This document shows, in pieces, positions 54,251-64,000 of a stretch of DNA of 64,000 nucleotides (within the stretch, counting starts at the first letter, position 1; each line of letters opens with the position of its first letter). The stretch spans positions 7,881,744-7,945,743 of the forward strand of contig OZ199840.1 of assembly GCA_964304625.1 (NCBI GenBank), given 5' to 3'. The notes beneath the pieces were generated by a model that was given only the letters and a program-made list of their open reading frames with translations, ran no database searches and was not told the origin of the DNA. The translations under genes were made by a program, and so were the position numbers. The stretch is from Kudoa neothunni. Lineage: Eukaryota; Animalia; Cnidaria.

Positions 54251-56920
54251 TTAGTTTTTAATCTCTTTAGTGATAGGTCTCAGAACCAGTGCCACTCGCG
54301 ATGGGATGTACACCTAAAAAGAATGCCAACAAACATCGTTATATGGGTGTATTCTCAATAAATGGTTACCTTAATAGAGTATGGTCGATTGTTGAATGCG
54401 TAGTTTTCAGTTTGGTACTTCACTTTTGGATCTATGTTGCGGAATCCATCAAATTGAGGGTCGTCACTATTGAGAACAATCTCGTAACTAAATCCCCATA
54501 CAAAATATGTTATAGATCCATGTTGTATTTAGTATACGTTCCAAAATGTTCACATCCAACACGGTAGTCGGTAAATGATTTGGTGGGATGAAAATTGAAT
54601 ATCCACAATAGATTAGCTCGTTCAAACACCACAACTTTGTCGTCTTCATGTTTTGTGCTTATGTACGCCTAAATGTATTTATAATTGTTAAAATGCACTT
54701 TTTAATAAAGTTGCAAACTAGATATCTAGAAGAAAAACAACATACTTGAGGCGAAGATAACCAGCTGTATTGCTGTTCGAGGAGATTCATCGAACTATCG
54801 AAATTGGCCAGAAAACGATATCTCAAATCATTGTTACGCAACAGATTGAACTGACGTCTCGCGTAATGGTAACTGTTGTTATTGCCTTCACGGGGGAAAT
54901 CTAGCCATTCCGGATGGCCAAATTCATTTCCAATAAAATTCAAATATGCCTCACCACCAAGACCGCTAGTTAGCAGTCTAAGAATGTTTAATTAAATTAA
55001 TGAAAAGATATTTGGGAATGTTAAGTTACCTGATCATTTTGTGCAATGAGATTCCTCTTGAAATTACCATATTTTTCTCCTGCGAACATGACATATTCCA
55101 ATACATTTCCTGATCCATCAACCAGAATGCGATGGTTTTATCGCCTACAAGAGCCTGATCATGACTCTCAGCATAAGCTATGTGTTTCTCGTTGTGGCGT
55201 CGATTTATCAGTGTGTACACCAACTTGTTGATATTCCATTCTTCGTCGCGCTTTTCTTTCAATATCTTTTTAAATACGTTAAAATTTTCAATCGAATACA
55301 ATACAATTATCAATCACTTTAATCCACATATCAGGTATAGCCATAGCAAGTCGGTAATCAAACCCAAAGCCACATTCAGTCACCGGGCGGCATAACGCGG
55401 GAACTCCACTCACTTCCTATTTTATAATACATCAAATTCAACACAATCCAACGTCAATTTTAAAAAAATCTACTTCGGCTATGGTTATTATGTTGGGATA
55501 GATTTTGTGCAACCAATAATTTGCACACTGCAAATAAGCCACACTCTCCATATCGACAAACGTTCCAAAGTATTCACGATAATCACCAGTGAACCCGTGT
55601 GCTATTCCATGGCTGTGATAGATCATCGAAGTGACACCATCAAATCGAAATCCATCCAAATGATATTCGTCCAAAAACCAACGCAAATTTGAATGCAAAA
55701 ATCTTTTCACTTCGTATCTAAACTCGCAAAGTAGTTAGATATATCCACATTCCGTAGTTGCCACCAACATACTTTGAATAATCAAATAAACGACTATTCC
55801 ATAGGTCGTGATAACCTCGTCCATTATCATGGAAAAAGCAACCCTCTGTTCCATCGAATTGGTTCAAACCATCCAAGGTATTCCTCGATGAATGACTGTG
55901 AACAACATCCAACAAAACCAATATGTTGTTTCGATGACATTCGTCGATCAACTCCTTCAATTCGTCAGGTGTGCCAAAACGACTATTTCAAAGTAGTACA
56001 ACAGGTGGAACAATGACAAACAATTACCTCGATACAGAAAAAAAACTAGTAACTTGATAGCCGAAACTAGCATAATATGCATGCTCCATAATGGCCATCA
56101 ATTGTACTGCATTATAACCCAATTTTTTGATATGAGGAACCACCTAAATAGATGGAAGCAATAAATGATTGATTGAATTAATAACGTTGTTATCAAATAA
56201 AGTATCTATTGATTGCGTACGTTGTCTTTGAAACTGGTGTAACTTGCAACAGCATATTCATCTGACGCGATCCCCACATGAGCTTCATAGATTCTAAGAG
56301 ATTTCCTTGTGAGGGCTGGTACGGTTTTCAACAACCAAGGATGTTTGAATTTGTATTTGTTTACGAAGTGTGAGTGCAGAAAGTACGCATCGAAAAGCTT
56401 GGTGTGATCATCTTGAATAACGTATTTGGCCCATGGTGACAATCGGTACAACTCCCTGCCATCGTGGGTGATTATACGTAATTTGTATTTGCTCATATTT
56501 GGTATTGCTGCGAATTTTTCTCTATTAACGAGGGTTGGGTTCAGTTCACAGCACCAAACACCATATTTATCCACTGTTAGTGGATTTGCTGTGGGGGACC
56601 AGTTGTTGAAATCGCCAACCAAATACACCTCTTTAGCAGCTGGTACCCATTCTTTACAAGTTATTTTTAAATGCCTGTGAAGAATAAGCCCAAATTCGTG
56701 ATAGCTTGAGGTGAATTTGTCCCAGCCGCCATCATTTTTTTCTATCTCATTGAAGGCGTTTATGAAATTCTCATACCTATTTTTACACACAAATAACGGT
56801 TCAACTCTATAGCTTTCATTGAAGAGTTTTCAATCACCTCAAAATAAGCTCTCCCTTGAAATCATTCAAATAAGGATCGAGTTTTATAAGTTTCGCTGCT
56901 GCATCCTCGGCTGGTAACAT
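54251..56920 (-). CDS. GBE1: 1,4-alpha-glucan branching enzyme (GH13), multi-exon
   Basis: [104 protein letters not shown] and [11 protein letters not shown]. The catalytic D/E/D residues are present. Confidence 0.97.
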
Positions 56921-58799
56921 ACTTAGTGGTTTCCCTAATAGGATCACCTGATGGCACCTAATGTTAATCGTTTGTTATCTTAATCTCAATTTAGTTTTAG
57001 AAATTTTATTATCCCAATGATTCAATATAAAGTCAAGTTGATTTTATCTTTGAAGAGAATTGCATTAATGTGAAAAGCATTAACAGCATAGACGAATAAA
57101 TAATAAAATATTCTCAACAGATAATAATTAATCGTTGTTTAATAATATTCAAACCCCCACTAATCCAAATTTAGATTGATGTCTCACCCGAATTCACATA
57201 TGAACTCTTAATTTAGATGACTGATTAGCAACATTTGTTTCGTTTTAGTTACTAACTTATTTGCCAAAGAGATACTTGAATCTAGCTTAAATACTAAGCC
57301 AACTTCTTAGGTTAACACCTCTAGAGCCCATGCTGACACATTTATTATTAAAAACATTTGTCATATACTTTGTATCATTATATCTAGCAAAATGTAAAAA
57401 CATCGGCAAACTTTATAAATAGTTCCACTCTTTAATTGTCGTCTTAAGAGATAAAAATCCGCTGTGGGAAGATATCAGCTAGATGATAATCTCCTCGCGG
57501 AATTTGATTCACGTCAGGTAATGATTATCATGTAAAATTATTGACAGGTTCAGCGAAAATAAATAAATAAACATGAGTCGAATCAGTCATCGTCAGACAT
57601 AATTGAGAATCTTCGATACGTCTCCAAATTGATGGTGCTGTGAATTATTCTCACAAAATATACACAACTATTTATTTAATCTATATTGATTTCATTATTT
57701 ATTAAATTTTATTTTTTCTTAACGTTTATGATTAAATCGTAGATGTTAATTATTAAAGAGACAATTTTCAAATAAAACAACAAGTTAACTTTTATTCATA
57801 ATTATAAGTTAATAAATTTCCATATATTATAATCCCAAACATTTTCCAGCATCTAGTCGGAAACTTGGTTCTAACGTGAACACAAACTTATTTCATACCA
57901 ACGTCTTTCAAATTACAATAGGTAACCATATTTACGCAATTTTCGAAAACACTACACACCTTTATATATACATTTAAATGAGTAGTATTTTTGATTTTAT
58001 TTTGGACAGTTTTGTGAATTTTTTAATTTATCAGAATTTAAAAAGGTATAAAATAGCCAAAGTAAAATGCACTTGATTAATCAGTTTACATAATATTTTT
58101 GGGTGAGTATTGTTTATGATTGGTGTTTTTATTCTCAATAGTTGACCAAATTTTGTTGGAAATAGATATATAACGATTAGTATAAAATTATAATGTAATA
58201 AAATAGCCAGGAACTAGTGAGGGGCGCAAACTACGACTACGTTACAATTTAAAATGCTGTAAATTAACATATGTAATGGAATTTTAAAATAGAATGAAGA
58301 ATTATATTAGAACTTCCAGTACACGTTGATGAAAATTATCTAGTAAATTTTATTATTAGAAATCTGGGTTCTGGATCAACAAATTTACAATCGGATTTAA
58401 TTTGATGAAAAATATCTAAAAAGTTATAACTAAACATTAAATCAATGGTTGGTTCCTTAACTTACGAAAGTATAATATTAAGGAAGTAAATTTTTTGGAC
58501 GAAGCTTCCACCATTTATTTAATTACCACTTTTGGCTGGAAAGTGGAGACAATTCAAACCATAAACCATGTGACAATATTGAAAAATGATAAATATATAT
58601 TTTTTATTTTAAGTCAATGTTTATTACATAAGTCACATCCAAAGGACGATATCGACAAAATTCAGATTGTATATATGCGCGCAAAAACTACGTAAAAGTG
58701 GTTACCTACTAAAGTACAGAATAATTTCAATTATATCAAAAAATCCATTAGTAACTAAGTCTAATTCTAAAAACTCTTGTCTTTTTGTTAATATTTAAA

Positions 58800-60360
58800 T
58801 CAACAAAATTAAAAAAGGCATTATGGAGGATATTATAATGTTATTCCACATCATAAAAATATTCATACGACCCCACAATTTTCTTGCATGAGTTTAATAT
58901 ATGTTGAAAAACTTTTTGATAAACTTTAAAAGAAATCTATCTACGAATTCATACCGAATTTAGAAAAAACATATAAACCGAGAAGATCGATTTGTCTGTA
59001 ATTCTTAAAATTTTCCTTTATTTATAGTTTATTTAATTATTTTATAACTCACATTAGCTAAATATTAAATAAACCTATACTTTATATGAGTGACAATGAT
59101 GTCATTTGAAAATAAAAGTTTGTAAAATTTTATGACTACCGGCAAATAAACAAATTAAAAAAATAACAAATGGCAAAAAACATGCGTACATCGAACAGAA
59201 AGATTAGATTAATAACCAAGAAAGTCTTGTTTGGCATTTCCCAACCTTTTTTCCATCGTGTCCTAATTTTTTTGAAAGTATTGGTTTTTTAACTTAAACA
59301 ATTTATAACTTTGAGTCAAACTTCCCGTCACATTTAAAATTTATTCGATCAGATCTAAATTAATTTTTCAGTTCTTCACTTCGTCAAAAACAGCGCGAAA
59401 CGAAACTCGTGATAATCCAACCCACATCAAACACAACTTTAATGTATACAGGGCTTATAAACCGAAAATGAATAATCTATATATGAAACAATCAGTGCTA
59501 AATTAGGTTAAGTGAAAATCAGGGAAAATCGTGATTATAAATGAGAAAAGATTGGGATAGAGACTATGTTAAATGTTATTAGTTATATTTATGTAATTAT
59601 TCGTAGCGTTTGGTATTATTCCACTATTACCCATGGTTACATCAACGCTCAGGATTATCGACGTCCCGTTAGAGCTGTTCATTATGCGTTCAAAAATTCT
59701 TCCACGTCTCAAAAGTGGGTCGTGGTTATTATGTTAGGAAACACTGCCCTATACGATTTGGATTTCTCTGTAGTCCATATTGCATTATACTAGTCGTAAT
59801 GCAAGTTCAATCAGTGACAATTTATCAGAATTAGAGTCGGATGAATCTGAATCATTATATTGAGTAGAATTGAAAATTTCACCACGGTCACTTTTAAAAT
59901 CTGTGAAATATCCTTCGCCAAAACTTTCCGTCATTTGAAGCTAATCCGATTCGAATTCACTCGTATGAATTCGGTGTAGGTTTTTCCTCATTTCCTCTTT
60001 ATTTTATCGATAGAATTCTATATAACTTTGGATTATGGTACCTACAATTTTTCTGCATTATGTAATGGAGGAAAACCTAGCGTTGTATAAAACCCCAAGA
60101 GCACTACGTGTAAAAAGTACGCATATCTTATTATTAATTTAGATGCACATCTTTCTATTATTTTGTTCACAAATTTAATATTTAAGATTTTAATATTCTG
60201 TGTATTCTCGCCAGCATTTCACCGGTTTTTTTTTATAAAAGTACTACAAACCGACTGATATATTCAAATTAGTTTGACTCATGGAAAAAATATGCAAAAT
60301 AATCATGAGGCGGGCTGGTGGGATCCAAGGTTAGCTTTATAGAGTTAATGACTAGGTTAA
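58800..60360. mobile_element. Very decayed piggyBac-like fragments
   Basis: Plus-strand FSCMSL..EKL and TYKPRRSICL remnants near 58880-59000, a minus-strand acidic stop-interrupted frame near 59790-59990, and GG|TTAA near 60356. Confidence 0.3.
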
Positions 60361-60571
60361 AACACCTAATTACTATATTTAGACCAAAAATTTATGTCAA
60401 ATATACAGGTCTCAGAATTAGTTATCAATAGGGCATGTAATTTTGAACGTTTATTTTTCAAAGAATCGACGGTCTAAATCGACTTCTATAAATAAACGTC
60501 GAGTTTTTTGATTCTTTTATGCATAATTGAGATTATATTCAGGTGTGCGCAAAGAATACAAGTTAATATAA

Positions 60572-61600
60572 TTATAATACCGTATAGATTTTTCTTCTCG
60601 GAAGAGATATTTTCTCCCATGAAAGAATATGTCTAATCTTAGCAAAGATTTTTGTTGCGATTGAAGACAACGGTAATTTTAAAAATCCATAAAAATTGTG
60701 GGCAAGTTTGTTTCTGAAATCTTTTTTTAAACAATGTGAGTACGTGCTTTTCAACAAAAGTTTCGGCATTAGAAAGTAAGCGTGCTGTAGGGCAATATTT
60801 TTAGAAAAAACTTCTAGGTTTTGCGTAACTATCTATTATTTTAAATGGTAATCCACCATATTCCACGTCTAAAACAAGAAAAATCATTATTATTTTATTC
60901 TTATGATCTTTAAATGACAAAAAGGACCAGGAGAGACACGCTTTAACGATTCTACCATTGGATGATGCTTCGATAATGAAATATGTTTCTGCAAATGGTT
61001 TTGTACGTAACATTAACTTACCGTATTTGTAAACAGATTCATTTAAATAACTCCCAAATCACATTTTTACCTGCCTATTCTTATCAATAATAATAATAAT
61101 AATAATAAGGCTTTAATTCGAAATTCCTAATCTTTCAGTGATGATTCCTCTTTTAATGTTGACGATATTTCTATTTATTTTATTATCTTTTTTATTACTC
61201 TTTATTCGATAATTTTAAATCTAAAATGAATAGCGTTACTTGTAAAAATAAGGTATATGCATTCTTCCCATAAAATCGGCATATTTCGGATACGAACTAG
61301 AAAAATATCAAAATAACCATCTTCTTGTGATAGTTAATGTAAAAATGAAAATTATTTGACCTTAATTAAATTATATTAAATGATTTCTATCAATGTGAAA
61401 TCTATTAAATGTAAATCTGTGCATCCCAAAAAATCAACAAAAACTACATGTTGTAATTTGAGGAAGTATTTTTTGGGCGCGCGGTAAAAGACTAAAGATG
61501 TTTACCTGGGATTTTATACACCCTAAGAGAATTCCGATATTACCTAATTCAAATAAACAAACAAATATTTACAGGGTATTATACAAAGAGCACCGCCATC
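60572..61600 (-). pseudogene. Heavily decayed CMGC (MAK/ICK-like) protein kinase relic
   Basis: In kinase order on the minus strand: FYRAP (near 61490), VDFLGC, PILWEE, EASSNGRIVKACLSWS and NIALQHAYF. These resemble subdomains VIII-XI (YRAPE, D.W..GC, W.EG, NASS..ML.WDP, ALQHPYF). Frames are broken. Confidence 0.4.
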
Positions 61601-61780
61601 ACGCATCTATCAAAATAATTAATATAAATTTTTATATAGAAACTCATTTGGATTTATTATTCACTTCTAAACAACATAAACCGAAACAAAAACCAAACAC
61701 TAAGAAGATTACTAACGAAAGCAGTCGTTAAAGAATATTTGACGTCACATCGCACTTGCTGCCTTAGTGGTTGTGGTAAA

Positions 61781-63282
61781 ATGACTTTATGGTCATTGTA
61801 CATTTTGGATGAGAAGGGAACTGTATCTCATGAGCGAATGAAACCGCAGTTTTAACCAACAAATTTAGGTGTTGATATTTCGTGATTTCCATCAAAATTA
61901 CAGTCCAACTCTTATCAAAAAGTTTTTCGCCATTCTAACCAATATGATTGAAGATGGTCAAATGAAACCAATAATAAATATTAATGATCTTTATTTTATA
62001 TATATTAAACACAAAAATATTTATTGTAAATATTCGCATATGTGAATAAATTTGTGTATTGGTTGGTTTTAGTTGTTGGGATTTGTCCAGAGAACAGTAA
62101 TATCGCAATGGACTTTACATTTATGTATAAAACAAAAGACGTATGATACAATAATAGTCAATTTATTAGTTTTTGAGATTTATAAATATAGTTGTTGATT
62201 GATTATTTCACCGAACTTGAAGAGGAGAGTGTTCGTGATAATTTTGTCATAATCTATGAGTTGCTGGACGAGATAATTGACTATGGAATACCACAAATAA
62301 CCGAATCCAAAATATTACACGAGTAATTAATGTCTTTTCAGCATTTCTTATCGATTATAATAACCTTTGTAATTTTAATAAATTTTCACTATTTAGATAT
62401 ATCACTCAGGAGAGCTACCGTATGAAAACAGCTACACGACCGCCCATGGCCGTAACAAATGCAGTCTCTTGGCGTAGTGAAGGTATACGCTATCGAAAAA
62501 ATCAAATTTTCGTTGATGTGGTGGAACATATCAATTGTTTGGTGAATATTTTTCTCCTATATACATCCCCGTATTTATTATAATTCTTGGTGTTAGATGA
62601 CTAAAGATGGAACGATTTTGAGTTGCGACATCAATGGGGTAATCAAATGCGACTGCAAATTATCCGGGATGCCAGAATTGAGAATGGGGTTCAATGATAT
62701 GTTGGCTATGAATAACTCACGACAAAACAAAAGTATGGTTACAATTTTTTTAGTGTAGATGGTGATTGACTGTGGCAATCCCTCCGGGGTTTATAGTAAG
62801 ACAGGGAACAAAAATCGAACTTGAAGATATCAAATTCCATCAGTGTGTACGTTTGGCTTCGTTTGAAACAGACAGAAAAATATCATTCATTCCACCCGAC
62901 GGAAAATTTGATCTTATGTCCTATAGAGTACCTTTTACGGGACGTCCTCCATTTCTAATTTCTCAAAATTATGATGTGATGAATGCCAGTCGTATCAAAT
63001 TCCGTGTTAGGGTATCTATGTTTAATTTCTATATTTTCACAAGTTTTTGGTAGGTTATGAGCACCTACAAGGGCGATGTTAACGCTGTAAAGGTAGATGT
63101 GAAAATTCCTGTCCCGCCAGACATGGTCAACCAAAAATTCACTGTATTTTTATCTTTTTGTATAGTTTTTGAGTGTATTTGTTCATAATAGACCCAACGA
63201 GGAAAATGCACCTACCTGCCTGAATGCAACATTGTGAATTGGTCGATGAGCTCGTTTGGAGTACGATAATGAAATTCTCTCT

Positions 63283-63313
<31 letters not shown>

Positions 63314-63785
63314 CTTTACTGATTATTAATATTCTTTTCTATTATTGAATTAAATATATTTATTTAAAAATGAAAAATAACATTTTATCCATCAAATTCA
63401 TTATTTAGGGCCAAAAGGAAGCTGAACTAACTGTCGAATTCAATCTTCCCACTATCAGTACTATTATAAACTTTGCGTTTTGCAATTATTGAAACTTTTG
63501 TTAATTTTGTGAAAATCCATTTGTAGATCAAGGATCCGATATAAAGGCACCAATTACGGTCGAGTTTGAGATTAGCTATTATGCTGCTTCGAGAATACAA
63601 GTATGCCGTGATACTTTGACAACAATTATTCGAAAAATTTAGATTCGTTATATGAAAATCTCTGAGAAAAGTGGATATGAAGCGTTTCCTTGGGCTCGAT
63701 ATATCACCCATAATGGAGGTAAGGTTTTGTATTGTTTAACTCATTGACTATTTGATGTGTAGACTATCAGGTTAGAGGTATGTGA
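61781..63785 (+). CDS. AP1M1: AP-1 adaptor complex medium (mu1) subunit, multi-exon
   Basis: MTLWSLYILDEKG.., YFTELEEESVRDNFVIIYELLDE, RPPMAVTNAVSWRSEGIRYRKN, LSGMPELRMGFND, LEDIKFHQCVRL..F..DRKISFIPPDGKFDLMSYR and EKSGYEAFPWARYITHNGDYQVR. The WRSEGI and LEEES motifs are typical of mu1. Confidence 0.95.
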
Positions 63786-64000
63786 TATATTAGAAGCAAA
63801 CTTTGTACTTCAAATATTCAACAGTTATACAACCCGCAGCTACGTTATATTAACAATTTACTGTTTAATTTGTGTCCACTTTATCCGCCTAATATTTTTG
63901 TGAAGATTGCTAAGGTGTGATGCGATTTATTATTTTACCCTCCGAGCACTTGTGATATCTGAATGAACTCTAGATTGATTTTCATCGTAATTCGCTACTC

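Overview
AT-rich eukaryotic genomic DNA with many very short (about 39-65 nt) GT-AG introns and fast-evolving but animal-type proteins. It resembles a reduced parasitic metazoan such as a myxozoan, which is an inference and not proven here. Intact spliced genes I could reconstruct by hand are proteasome alpha-2 (PSMA2), hexokinase, glycogen branching enzyme (GBE1), AP-1 mu adaptin (AP1M), a Dbl-family RhoGEF, and orphan genes at about 2.5-3.3 kb and 28.3-29.35 kb. A CDK5 orthologue carries several frame disruptions, and a MAK/ICK-like kinase survives only as a heavily decayed relic. Intergenic space holds DNA-transposon remains: at least five piggyBac relics, Tc1/IS630-like, pogo/Tigger, a Mutator/SWIM element, and a probable non-autonomous Helitron containing a 7-bp satellite. 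The most notable find is absent from the ORF track: a same-strand cluster (8.9-20.5 kb) of three paralogous 3-exon genes encoding 68-73 aa single-pass membrane microproteins. A fourth 89-aa gene of the same architecture follows them. All gene models are manual, and no database searches were run.
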